Assembly: GCA_030141605.1 (NCBI GenBank)
Contig: JAQGDQ010000735.1
Coordinates: forward strand, 1-64,000
Direction of reading: 5' to 3'
Length of the DNA: 64,000 bases
From: Tubiluchus corallicola
Taxonomy: Eukaryota > Animalia > Priapulida
Part shown: piece by piece, positions 1 through 14,000 of the stretch
Layout of the letters: every line of letters starts with the position of its first letter
Numbering within the stretch: position 1 is the stretch's first letter
Program-made: the position numbers and the translations under genes
Notes under the pieces: model-generated
The model's input: the letters and a program-made list of their open reading frames with translations, nothing else
Databases searched by the model: none
Told to the model about the DNA's origin: nothing

Positions 1-40
1 AAATGTTTTGTGAGGAACTTACAGTTTTTTCATGGCTGTG

Positions 41-652
41 CATTAAACTATGTATAACTCAAACACCTCGGAACTGGAAAATTTGTTCGAGTTGTGCAAA
101 AGTACGAATTAGACAATGTTTGTAAGAAAACAAGATTGAATCGCTCATCAACATGGGACAGTACACTAGTAACACTGCAGCTTGTGAAAATGTCAATTGA
201 GAATTTAATCAAATATTAAACATCCATTTTGTGAAATATAATAACAGGTCCACCTCTATTGTAGTCTGAGTAGCATGGTCAATAGAATTCAGTAATAATA
301 ATATTGTGATCTACATTAAACTACGTTCATTAAGCCATGTTGATGTAGCGACCTGCTAGGGTAATTCAAGAAACCTTAGCATTTTTGTTGAAACAAGCAG
401 TCAAAGTAGTAACGTGGTGCACACTTTCACATATGATTTCTCATTTGGGAGACTGTTCAAGATAGGTGAGGTAATTTCAGTCAAAATCTTAAGAACTGTA
501 CCAGGAATTCAGTTCGAGTTACGTTATAATTCAAGGTACAGATTTCAAGTTAGGTAAAAGAAAAAATGAAAAAGAAAATCAAATTCCATAAGATATGTTC
601 AAGATACGCAAAAATTAGAGCTATACCAGTTCGAATTATACATAGTTTACTG
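41..652. mobile_element. Tc1/mariner-pogo-like MITE
   Basis: Terminal inverted repeats: CATTAAACTATGTATAACTCAAAC versus the reverse complement of the right end, CAGTAAACTATGTATAATTCGAAC. TA follows the right end. No ORF. Confidence 0.65.
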
Positions 653-713
653 TAGTACTCTTAGGTATTGCTTTGTAATTTATTTACTAAAATTTGCTCT
701 AATTCTGTTTTAG

Positions 714-1553
714 CTGCAGCTATGCTTGAGCTACTAAATGGTGACATTCAAGCAGGAGAATGGCTGCAAGAAAGACTCTGTGCAGCCATAGAATCTGTTA
801 TACAAAATGAAAAGCCTTCAAAACGGTAAAATTAATTATGTTCATTTTAAAGCAAGATTTTGTTTCATGAGCTTCGGTTACTAAAATTTAAACACTTTAG
901 TGCATTTTAAAAAGTAGAACTGCATCTTAGTGGGGCAGCTTGACTGTAAAATTCAGGTCGATTGGGCCTTTCCATTTAGAACTTCTAGAAAATAGTCCTC
1001 AAGGATTAGACACTAAAATAGCAGCCCATGTTTGGATGATTGTGTGTATTCTTGATGAAGGTAAATAGTTGGAGGCAGTACTGCAACTGAAACTGCAGAG
1101 AAGCAGTTTCTTTTGCAAACACCATCCATTTATTGGCTGTTAATGATGAGCTTGATTCTGGTCCTGCCACAATCGTCTTTATTAAGCAATCGCTGCTCTT
1201 AAATGCTCACTTTTGGTTTGTATAGTTTCGAATGTGGAAACATATCATTAACAATATGACAGGAAAATGTGATATATCATTGATGTAGAAGATGGGATGA
1301 ATGATGTAAAATGGCAGTTAAATCTAACTTGTTTGTGTTTACAAACTTGTTTAAAATTATTTTGTAAATTTATATTTGTTGATTTTTTTTCAGGACTAGC
1401 ATGGAGGCAGCTGAACACTGGCGCACTGCAGTTGTTTTTGCACAAGCTCATAATCTTCCGCTTCCTGTATCATATTTACTTGATTGTGCTGCAGAGAATC
1501 ACTGGTTGAGTTTTCTAATACATGCAGAATTGCACGGTTTCCAACCAAAAACG
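714..1553 (+). CDS. SPG11: Two internal spatacsin (SPG11) exons on the opposite strand to exons 1-17 (714-825, 1394-1553)
   Basis: tttag|CTGCAGCT..AAAACG|gtaaaa and ttttcag|GACTAGC..AAAACG|gtaatg, phases 1->2->0. They translate to AAAMLELLNGDIQAGEWLQERLCAAIESVIQNEKPSKR/TSMEAAEHWRTAVVFAQAHNLPLPVSYLLDCAAENHWLSFLIHAELHGFQPKT. This matches human spatacsin ..SSQWALVVQFCRLHNMKLSISYLRECAKANDWLQFIIHSQLHNYHPAE (recalled). Confidence 0.85.
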
Positions 1554-2071
1554 GTAATGATACTGTCAAAAAAGAAATAATAAAGAAATGAATTGTACTA
1601 GCATGCTAAATATAGCATAATTTGCATGTAACTCGAATTTAAGGAATTTTAGTAATAACTTGGCATACTCAATAACAAGAAAACATGCATTTTATGAACG
1701 TATTAAAAGTACGTAAAACAAAAATTCATGCAAAATCATAACAAAATATAAATGCAATAATGTTAAGCAAATATTATGATTATAAAAATCAAAGAATATC
1801 ATCATTACCCTTTACATGCAAATCAAAATCATGTGTTGCGAAATATTTAATATTATGCAAAATATGCAAACCACTGATGCATACAATAACAAAAACAACA
1901 CAAAAATAAAAGGGCAAATAAATAGATACGGTAATGTAGCATAGGAGCTTAGTATTATTTATATTTTTGATTGAAAAACAAAACAATTTCATCATGTAAT
2001 TTATATAAGTGTACACTGGTTCAATAACCAGGATTAAGTAAAGATTAATTTAGCCAGCAATGTCCTCTTAC

Positions 2072-5000
2072 CTACTTCATCTTGTGTGCTTAGTACATTA
2101 CTGGTCTGCCAATGAAACAGCTTTGATATATCAAAAGGACAATTTCCCTAGAAAAATAAAAATAATTAATCAACGTTTAATTAAGCTAAAACGTTTTACA
2201 ATGAAATTAATTTAAAGTTCCCAATGACATGTACAGCTTTCTACAATGTTGCTAATTAAGAAACATAATTGCAGTTATTGATTAAGCAAATTAGATTAAA
2301 TGGTTAAAACAGCTACGTTACACAAGATAAGGTTTTAAATGTGTGCTTGCATTGTACAATCGTCCATAAGTCGGCAATTAAGCTCTTCTAGTTATTCACA
2401 TATCCTTAATCATGAGGATCATTTTGATAGCAAACTCATCGCTCTATGTTATTTCTAAGCTGAGATAATCTGCATTGAAGCTGAAGTGAGCGCTCAAGAT
2501 AAATAATAATAATCTTGAGAAAATCGCTATTAAAGTTCACCACTGTATTTTGTCACGTTTCTACAAAAACACTTAGCAACTACACAAATATTGGTTGCAA
2601 TAGACTTTGCAAGAACACATTAAAGTTATGTTCAAATCCAGTAGATGGCTCTTGCTGATGAAGATCTGGGCTTGGCAACAAAGCAAAATGACTGTTTCCA
2701 GGAGCTACTATCGAAGTTTGAAAATGGAGATTTTACAATTGCAGTACAGCGATACCTCGAGATACGAAATTAATTCCTTCCGGAGGGGCTTTCGTATCTT
2801 AGAATTTTCGTATTATCAGACAAGATTTACCATATAAATGCCGTAATTTGTTTCAGCCCCCGGAAAACAGTCAAATAAAGTGTAAATATTGCCCCACCCG
2901 AAAGAAATATGTTCATTAATGACCGATCATTATATTCCTCTGCGATAGCACTTAAACGCCTGCCACTTTCATATTTTTCGGACCCATGGTTATTGAATGC
3001 GTTCACATGAGATAAGAGCACAACAAATGTTCACGTGATGCTACGAAATGCATTCTGGGAGGACCGCTGTTGGGTGGCACCTTCGATTTTCATTTTCATA
3101 TCTTGAATATTTTTTCGTTAAATGGGACGGGAATTTCTTCGAAGCCCGATTCGTATTCTGAATTTTTCGCATAGTAGGTTTTTGTAAGTCGAGGTTCCAC
3201 TGTGCTAATTTCTAGACAGAAAAGTGGGTAAAGAGTTATAAAATTTAATTTTAAGTGTTTTTAAGACTTTCTTGATAATTTGATACTAGAATATAAAACT
3301 CCTACATATTTAGCATTGGTTTTTACAAAATACGAAAAATTGACATTTGATCAAATTTTTGGTCATTCTACTTTGAAGCATCATGATGTAGTTTTAACTA
3401 TGCCGACTTATGGATGGTTTTGGTTTGCAAGCACATAAATGTAATTTAATGTAAACTGGGCTCTTTGTGCAGGGGCATTTGAATTTTCCTGTATCATTAT
3501 TAAGTGGTTCCTGAAGAGGATTATGTTTCACTTTGCACAAGTAACCACAATGAGAACAAATAACAAGCAATCATTCATTACTTTTCTGTTTTTTACAAAT
3601 ATACAAACATTTACAAACAATTCAGCATTTTTTTGAAACTAGGTTTACGCATTTCAGAGTTTTATACTAAAGAAACATGTAAAAAACTTGGAAAGAGTTT
3701 ACAGTTCCTCACACAGTTTAAATACCTTAACCCTGACTCTAACCCTAATCCAACCCTAATCCTAATCCCAACCGTAATCCTAACTCTAATCAACTTCAGG
3801 AACTAATTTCTTGTGCGTGGGGAATTGTAAACTTTGGGCAAAAACATAATATTTAGCAGCATGTTTACAACCTGCAGAAGTTGGTACACAGTGATATCTG
3901 ATGAAGAAGATCTGTTTTCCTGTTGTGGAGGAAATAAAGTGGCTCTGAGTTTGGGGTATAGAGCCAGTGCTATTTTTAAACCTTCTTGGTCATCCTCAGG
4001 GTTCTTCAATAAGACCTAAATTATGGAACAAAAAAAACTGCTAAAATTAAAACTGTAGTAGAATAAACCTTTTCACAGTTTCACCATGCACATGTGCAGT
4101 TGCTGCAGGTCAAAGGTTAACTAAGCCCAAGGCGTCGTACATAACTACATTGGTCACGTGACCTTATGCGTGGAATTACATGTAGACGAAACGCGTGAAA
4201 CACTTGGCTATTTTTTAATTCTACTACACATGTATAGTTTTAAACTAACACGTTATTCTTACCCAAAAACGGTTATCAAAATAGCAACAGCAATCCATGT
4301 AAAATGTAATAACCGAAGCGAAAATTAATGCCAGCAAGTGCTACTATTACAATAGCACGAGCCTCACTGTTTTGTCAAGTGTAAACAAATGCGTTATCTG
4401 GTTCAGATAACCCTTGACCTTGTCACGATCATCATCAATCGCTGGAACTGTGAAAAGGCTTATTGAATATATTCACAAAACATCAGACTGCAATATTTCA
4501 CAGCTAAAAACAAAACAGCAATGACAGACATTCAGAAACAAAAGGTGGTGTAAGTCAGTATACAACATAACATGTCTTTCCATCGTGAACAAAAGGCAGA
4601 CTATGAAGGTACTATTAAGCGTTATCAAGCTTAACGAATAAATAAGGTTTAATGGACTACTTATAGTTTTAAGCTGGTATTGTACCCCCGATAAGTCTTC
4701 TTTAAATGTGCAAAGCAGTTCAATTCAATTAACTTCATTTTCAAACATTTAGCTATCTGTTACTGTATCTATTGCTTTTCTACATTCATTATTTATTGTT
4801 CTACATTTATTACATTTTCTACATTTATTATTTATTTTATTTATTTATTCATTGTCTATTCATTACTTATTTGGCTTCTTTGTGCAAAATTTTCTCTATT
4901 GTAGGCTCTGCCAATATATAAACTGTTTGTTTGTTTGTATATTGTACCACTGCAGACTGCTGTCTAGAGGTCTGGACATGTTCTAAAACATTTGCAAACT

Positions 5001-8000
5001 GAAGTTTTTGTAATAAAAGTTGTGTTTTAATAAATAACGTGTTAAACATGCAGCTACACAGACATTTGTTTATCTTGTAAAAAGGATCTATTCTGTCATA
5101 TTTTTCACTTAAAATAAGTAACATTAATATAATTTATAAACAACACATCTAAATGCATCATAGCAAACCTGAGTAACTGAGTCACCAGACGAATAAACGA
5201 GGTCCGCTAAACCCAGGAAGAGACGATTGTGATGTAAAATGAGCTCAGTAGGTGAAACAGACTTCCCCACCATCAGCCGAGTATTGCTGCAACTGGCTTC
5301 ATACACAAGCGAATTGTCTAAAACAATGTAAACTTTCTGTAATTAGCAAAAGTTTTTGCAACTTCATAAAAGTGTACATCTTTTTCTAGCTTTGATAATA
5401 ACAACAATTTCTGGAATTGTCAAATCTCAACTCATCCCATCCTTGTTAGTGGGAGTCTTTTGATGAACACACACCATAATGTAAAACTATTAAAACTATC
5501 TACATCAGATAATGAAATACAAAAACTGTTTAGTTGAAACAATACCAATATTTCTTACAACTGTTATATAATATTTTTTCAATTGTTATTACAAGTGATA
5601 GTCTCTAAATAAACGTTACCAAAAACATACCAAAAGTTCCCATCGCTAGTTGTTGGAACTTCAGTATCAAATCTACCCAAGGAATGTCTCGAATGGAAGA
5701 TAGACAGGAGGAATTACTTGAAAACCTGAAAAAATTGTAAACATTGCGAAGTCGAGAATAGAAATTCTAAATCATTTAAAGTTACTAAAGTTTTTGATAG
5801 GTCCACATTGCACAACAAAAGGGATATTATAATCTCACAGCATGTGACAATACAGTACCTATTTACGGTCCTCCATACCTTCATTGTCAATGTTCGTGAA
5901 AACTTCACTTTGCATGCGTATGCAAACTAGAAATTTCAATGATCTTGTCACTTCAACACCACTCTATTCTGCCATAATTTTTTCTTTAACAAATGGCAAA
6001 CCATAGAGCCTCGATAATGTAGTACTAGGTAGTTCAAAAAATTCTGTTTTTCCCTGCATGCTACACTTTGTTTACAATTTTTCATTATTTACATTTACAT
6101 CTAACTTACTATGAATGATAAATGTTGTTATAATAATATGATGTTAATTCCTGAGACTTGGCTACTAGTATTAGGTTAAGTCGTCATTAGAAGAAATACT
6201 CATATATAATTGTAGTTTGTATTCTCTGGCGATTAGCATTGTCACAATAAATTTTTTAATGATGCCCCATAGTCATGGTGTCTTTAAATTTATTGTTATT
6301 GTTAATCCCAGATTTTGTTTTGACAACTCTGCTAACCTGGCAACAGAATGTACAGCATAATAACCATCTGTAATAGACACGCAAGAAGTGCCATGAAACT
6401 TTAGAAAATGATAAAATAAACTACAAATACCTGTGACACCGGATATAGTTAGAGAGAATGTAATAAAACTTGTGTTCTATGCAGTAATTTATAAATTGTT
6501 TATGAAATTGATCAGTCGCTGCTATTGGAGAGGAAAAGAACGACTGACTGGCATTCTGTGCTTGAGATAAAGACAGTCGACGAAGCAAAAGTGGAAAGTT
6601 TTCCCGCTCTAGCTGGCTGAATATATTTTGCCTACATAAAAATAAATGCATATTAACAGATTAAAAATGTAGCACTGTAGCAGCAATGCTACAGTACTAG
6701 CTTTGCTCACATTGATGTTTACTTACTCATTTCTAATTATTTGATATTCCTTTTTTCAAGCATTTTTTCCTGTTTTGAAGGGTAAGAAGATTAATATTCA
6801 TTAATTTAAGAAAATTTCTGATTTCTACATATGAATACTTAAACAAAAATAAGCAAAATAGAAAATATAATTAATAATTATAATGAGCTATGTTGTCACG
6901 TCTTCATCGATTACACTCTTTAATTATTATTTATTGAGTGATCATTTGTTGTAACTAATTCATAACTTTTTAATTCATTGCCAGCTATTATCTCGTACTT
7001 GATTTTTAGGTACAACTGTTATTCTTAAATTTTCCTAATTTGTTACTATGTACAAATTATAACAACAATAAATTTGCTCATCATTTGACTCACTATAACA
7101 ATTATAATGGAAATGCTTGTTAAAGCATTTTCTGTCTTTTCAAAAAGAACAAGTATAAAGAATTAGGGATCGCTATTATATATCTTTAACAATTGAACAA
7201 TACACTACATAGGATATACCGATATACGATTAAGGTTTTTCTAAATAATAATTTAGATGATTTAAGCACCGTTGCCAAGTGCTATAACTGTATTTTCATG
7301 GCTTTCTGTAACTAACATACTTAAGAACAAAATACTTTACAAAACTTCGCAATTATATGGCTTACCTAGCAAGTTGATTCAGAACTCTTTCTATTGTAAT
7401 GGATGTACCAGCTGTCCAAGTTTCTGATTCGCCCAACAATGAGTCTATAGCTGTGCCCCAAGCATCTGAGGTAATCCAAGGACGAAGGCGTTTCCAATCA
7501 CTATGACGAAGCAAGTATAACCACAGAACTTTTGGTGGAACTAAACTGTTTAACTTTCCATGATCTACAAAGATATCATAAGCTATTAAAACGATAAGAT
7601 ATAGGCAAATTATGAATCAGGGTCAAGATACGTAAAATGCTTTTACGATATCAAAAAAGGTTAATTTGTTAAACAAATGTAGGAGAATAAACAAAAGGAA
7701 ATTAATAAACATGAGCATTTTCTTTGTATCTCTAAGGCATTAAGCATCACATGTAAGTTTAGTGTATTCCTAAGAACTCTTTAAAGCAATTGTAAAAGCC
7801 TAGCTATACCACAAGAGCGAAAAAGTAATCATTTCCTTCAAGGTGACACCTTGAAATAGCAAGTACTAAGAAAGATACTAAGTACAAAAAAGAGAAAAAC
7901 AATTCTGCTAAATCAACATATACATTAAAATGTTCGTTTTGTAAATCCAGGGTCTCATTGGGTAGCGACTTTTTTGTGATAATCAAAAATTGTCCAACAA

Positions 8001-11000
8001 TCAAAACAGTCCAACAGTTGCCAAAATATTCCCGCTACTGTGTGTTTTGTCACAAATCCTTCGTCAGTTTCGCCACATTTTTGCAAATTCCGAGGTTTTT
8101 TCTTGAGCGAAAATCGCGAGAATATCGGCCGACATGTTTGCGCATATTTGACGACTTCTGCGTCTCTTATGCAACAAGGCGAATGTTGCACGACATTCAC
8201 GCGAGTATTTTGCGATTATTTCATGACAGTTTCACAGAATTTTCGAAGAAAAGTGTGGGATGACTGAGATTGTTGGCGAACATTGCGACTAATTTGCGAA
8301 TGTTTGGCGGCGAAGTGCCAAGTTTTACGACTCCAACGACAAATTTTAAACATTTAAAGAAAATTTGACGACACCGGTAACCTTTTCGCAACTGTTTGGC
8401 GAACATCTAGCGAATGTTTAGCAAATGTTGGGCTTAGAAATTTCCAGATTATCACCGAAATCGCGAACCCTGTGAACATCTGACTTAAGTGTTTACCACC
8501 ACCACTGCTAAAAATAGCCTCGGTGAGAATGTTCATTCGCTCATCGTAACTCCAGTCTAGGACCCAGTCAAGAGACAGATGTGAATAACCAATGCCAGCA
8601 CAATTTGTCAGATCAGCATTTCCCAACTCTGCACATTTAAAAACAGTATGTTTTCTAAGCGGTCGCTGCAGTAATGGTTGCAGTGCTGTGATATTACTCC
8701 ATCTAAACAATAAAAAACAAAAAAGATGGAGAAAAGACTTCAGGATGATACCACATTTACTTTGGGCAAATTTCACTGATTCATCTTTAATCACCAAAAT
8801 TTTCGGAACACAAGAAGCTCAAGGCAGGTAAAGTATGTAAATCGTGATATGCTATGAACTATGAACTATGAATTTTATTTCACATATGCTATGAACTATG
8901 AACTATGAATTCTATTTCACACATCAAAAAATACAATATCAAACACATTGATAAACTTTAAATAAAATAATTTGAGTAGTGCGAGGTGAGTGTACGACCA
9001 TGCGGTCATTAACACACTCACCTTACTTAAATGAAAAAATGATTATAGTTATGCATGCTTCTGTAGATAACTTAATGTAAATGATGTAAGAAGAGCAATA
9101 AACCTGAAAGTTGAGAAAGGAAAACATAATATGTAATTACAACTTTGAGTGAGCTTTAAAGAGTGAAATTTTTTTTTAAATAGTTACGAATATGAATTAT
9201 GTGAATATTTGTCAATGTACCACTTACTTGCTTACCTTTATATACAATGATATACATATACACATATATGTACCCAAATTTAAGTGGGGGAGATGAGATT
9301 AAATAATATGTTATACTTGTAGTAATAACTATAATTGTATAGAACATTTAGATATAATTGATGGTAGTAATGTAGCCATCATAACCATTAAAGATGGGCT
9401 GTGGGGAGGGAGGGGGGCAAATTATAAGAATATAAGTGATTCATTAGCAAAATTAATGCTACAATAATACATTCAAAATTTTTTGTATCACTGGTATTTG
9501 CAGGTTATAAGCTAAGAGCATTCAAGGGCTTATTTTCCAAGTGGAAACCGATACAGATATAGGCTATACTATGAATCGCTACTTTTTGCTACACCACTGC
9601 TGTAAATTACCGAGACCTTGATTGCAGTATATTACACAGTTTATTATCAGTAGATGATAAAATTGCATTTTATTTTTAATTAAATACATCTGTTTTTGCC
9701 AAACAACTATCAAGGTGCTAAGATGAATATCAAAATAGGTGTATCAATTACTATATCAATTTTTTTATAAAAAACCAGCAAACATTAACCAGAAACGTCT
9801 GATTAATTTGCCTAAGTTTTTTGTCGAATTTTACTTAGCTATAGTAAAAGTGGAAACTAGAAAAATAAAAATTCATTGATTTACCCGGCTTTCTCTCTCA
9901 GCAGAACTTGTTTAGCTTTCACGTACGATGGACAGGAATAAAGGTTTTCCAGGTTCCGTAGAAAACTGACAGCATCCCTCTCTGTTACTGTCAAATGCCC
10001 CATCTTGTCTAGTTCATCCGCCAAGTAATTGCGAAGAGTGCTGCTGATTGTGAAGCGAAATATTGTCTTCAATTTTGCAATAGGATCAAATCCCTTAAAA
10101 CGAAAATGTAAATACGATAATTACAGAAGGCCATGTAATGTTACACTTCAATTAATTAAATTTCATCAGGTGACATTAGCACTACTATAACCAAAACTTA
10201 TAGATGACTATACAGGTTAAAATTGCATTTGAATTAAATGTTAACACCAATAATGGCCTTAAAGTTAGAATACTCAGTACAGTTATGTAATATTTTTATT
10301 TCAAGTTTACAATAAAGAATACTCAAAGAAATAAATATTTTTATGAGCAAAACAGTTGAAAATACAGCTTTTCAATTCAATTCAATTATTTTACAAGATA
10401 AACAAATACTTTTACATTACAAGGGCATACATAAAATCAAATTGTTTTTACGACAAAATTCAGATACAATTATTAAATTTGGCACTAGAGACTGAGGAAG
10501 TGGGCTTATGCTAGGCCACTGGAATTAGTAGTGAAAAAAATTATTAACAACATGTTACTGACAGTTAGAAAGAGTTACAGTGGGTGTTAGTCATGTTTCA
10601 TAATTAAGATGTAAAGTGACGTACGGGACAAAGAAATGACAAATGTTTTAACACATTCACTAAGCATTTGTGTACGATGCCAAATCTTCGTATATTGATG
10701 CGAGCTATTGAACTTCAAAATAAGCTATACTGGAAATATTATTTGTATGTAATTCAGCTAGTTATGCTGGTGTCACATGTTGTTCATTACTGACAAACTT
10801 TTAACAAGCAAAAAATAAATTTTGATACAAGTTCCAATACTTAGTAGTTTGAATTTAAAAAGGTATTACCATATTAGTAAGAAGCTGTTTGGCTTCATCA
10901 AGATTTTGGTTGACTAAGCTTTGTAAGGAAAGACTGAGTCCCATATGAAGTACTTTTTCTAGCCTATAATCCTCCATGCCTCGATACTCTCGTAAAAATT

Positions 11001-14000
11001 CTTGGCAAGCTGGAACTCTGTTTGATAAAATTGCATCACGAATAACTTCCTAAAAATAAAATCAAGTATGAATTTGTTAAATGACATTGCTATATACAAG
11101 TTATCAACTTCAGCATCAACATAATGTAGTAGTATGATGCTGTATATCAAGGAACGTCAATCTATAATGACCTAGTTAAGATTTTTATATTTTAGAAGTC
11201 AATTCGTCATGCTTATTTTGAAAATGATTTTATTCATCACAGTCATCTGCTTCAGTCAAACTGAATAAACTCATAACAAAAAGCTCAACTTATATGTAAA
11301 TCAGGGCAGTTTAAGAGCAGTTAACTTGTTTTTGATCTAAGATCTCTCTGGACATGTAGAGTAATAGTGACAGGTAGCTTTTCTATATTCTGTTAGTATC
11401 CAGCATTATCAGTTACGAAATTAAAATTATTCTCAAAAAAGAAAACGATCGATAACTCTGCATATTTATCCAGCTGATTATACCATCAAAATCAAAATTT
11501 TTTTCATTAAATTACATTTCACTTATTCAACCACTTATTTATCCAGCCAAAAAATTCGATCAATTCTAAAGCCACATATCGGGATTGTAATACAAAAAGA
11601 ATTAATATACAGTGAGTTATCCGTTGCGGAATGAGATAATTACCTCTGTCGATAACATGTTCCATTTTTCCTTCAACAAATCTCTAAAATTTGAAGATGA
11701 TTCTTTCCTTCGCTGCTCATATTCTTCCTCTTCTTCTAACTTGTCCATGTCCTTGATAATGTCACGAAACGTGGCAATGCTCTTGATAACGAAGTCAAGT
11801 ATTTCATCGTAACATTTTGTATGAGTGTTGTCATGAGAGGAGCCAATTGTGTCAGCTGCTTCTAATATGTTAGACACAACCTGATTTAAAACAAAAGTAT
11901 TTTGGTGATTTCGAAATTTTTTTGTTTAATGACAGCAAGTCCTCGCTCAATAACGCTAATGTGAACCAGCAACATGTGACGTTAAGTGAAACGTTGTAAA
12001 TGAAAGCAAGACTTCCACAGAAAGTAATGCAAAAGAATTGAGATGCGTTTCAGAGGGAAAAATCAAAGCTGCTTTAAACACATAAATTAAACACAAAATA
12101 AATTAAATTAAATGTTTCAGGTTTATTTATGTTTCTACTGCTTACATGGAACCACCCATCTTTCTTACCAATACCTACTACCTAGCTAGCAGTTTCTCTT
12201 TCATTAAAAGCCCTAGGCAGTTAGTGGTTGGATATGACATTGTGAAAATAAAGCACTGAGGCAATGGCTTTGAGCAAAGTAAAAAATAGTCATGAAAATG
12301 AAACGTGCATTGTTAGCTGAGAAAAAGGTGTTAAAACTTCATCTCTGTTAAAACGAAACTTTGCTAAACGAAAGTCGTTAAACGAGGAATTCATATGAAA
12401 AATCGGTTACTTCTTTGCATTAAATGTCAAATAAAACCTCAGAGTTTTCCACTCTGCATAACTAAGGTACAAACACAATGAACAAGTCTTTCAAGCTCAC
12501 CATGATATAACCTAGGACCAATCGTAGTGCAAGTGTGATCAGTAAAATATAAATCTCAATTTAAAAGCTCTTAAAACTGGAACATTAAGTCATTAAAATT
12601 TGCAAAACTGATAATGAAACAAATTACAAAAAGCACATCTTCTGTTTATCGTGTCTTAATGATTACAAATACAAACACGAGACAAACACTAACACGTGAT
12701 AAACAATTTTTTTGCATGAAAATATCAAATACCAAACTTGTTCGTTTTTCATAGTAAAATTTTTTTATTAGCTGACAAATTAATGTTTTTGTTGGTATAT
12801 TTAAATATTTAATCCTAACCTTATTGAGAAAGTTCATCGCCAGTCCCAAAACTTGACTGGCAAATAAATGATACTGGCGATTGGTGAGATCATGTTGAAC
12901 ACTAGCTTTCAGTAGATGAACAACTCGTCTCATTTCATTTGCTTCTTCTTTAAAAGTTTCACCATTTAGATCCTGAAACACTGAAATAATCTGCTACACT
13001 AGGACAATGTCAAATTGGCTGTGTGTTCATGAGTTACACACAGTTTTGCAAGGTCATTTCATCTTACAAAGTGATTTTCTAAAAATTTTCTTTAGCGGAT
13101 ATTTCCTTCAAGGCATAACACACATTAATGAAGGAAGTTGCAGTTCATATAGGGAACAGGACCATAGGCAATAGTTTAAATTACGTACATTTACAACAAA
13201 TCTTCACTAACAATAGTTCAATAAATAACCTACAATTCCAAATTACACTAAAATGTAGCGATTATTCACTACATGATTAGCCACTCATTAATATAAAATC
13301 TTCTTTGCCCTACCCCATTGCTACAACATTGTGAGTAGCCTGTCCCCTGTAGTCTTTGCTCTTTAATTGTTTTTTGCTAACTTTTTATTGGTTTTGCAAT
13401 GCAAATTGTTAACGGAGCCTTTGCTGGGCCAGCAATTTTCTCTCATAGGACTGATGATGGAATCCACTTCTTTTTGCATCTAAAGTCCAGAATTACCCAG
13501 AAGAACCGATATATCTAGCACAGTGCATCCCTAACTTCCGTTGACCCCACGAAGAACATAATCACATGTTATACTATTACACATCATTATTGTTTGCATT
13601 TATTAATTTTAACTTACTAATCAACAAATTATTGAACAATGAGTGATCATTTCTTTAATTCATTAATGTGATGGTTGTACCTGTTTCTCATCTGTACACA
13701 ACTGTATAGCTTTTTAACAACATGCATTTTCATTTTCCTGGAAAATCAAGCACTGATATACTGCATTTAGAGCGGGAAAACCTAGTTTCACTTTCCTGAT
13801 GTAATGAGAGACTGAGGAAACAAGACCTACTTACATACTTTTCATGCAAACAGCATTTAAAAAATTATCTTTGGACTAGCCCGCGACCCAACGAAAAGTG
13901 CTTGGTGATCCCAATTGGGGTCGCGACCCCAAGTTTGGGAACCCATGATCTTGCATAAGTCTACAGCACTATCACAAAGAAATTATCTAGAAAAAAGGGA

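Noticed and set aside
2604-2837. Plus-strand ORF with LQEHIKVMFK, resembling the next expected spatacsin exon (IQDHLRLAFE)
   Set aside because: It lies inside MITE family A, has a homologous non-coding copy near 20600-20650, and runs into the nested MITE; the similarity is probably coincidental.
3473-3540. Plus-strand pseudo-exon (cag|GGGCAT..CAA|gtaacc) weakly like the PFDPSRLFGW exon
   Set aside because: It has an in-frame stop, and the real exon is at 2147-2072 on the minus strand.
3728-3790. Telomere-like repeat as a possible chromosome end, fusion or SPG11 breakpoint
   Set aside because: It is degenerate and enclosed by TIRs of a dispersed element, and SPG11 exons continue on the same strand on both sides.
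7804-8406. Cluster of overlapping ORFs on both strands
   Set aside because: By-product of the higher GC content of a hAT-like insert; no transposase motifs.
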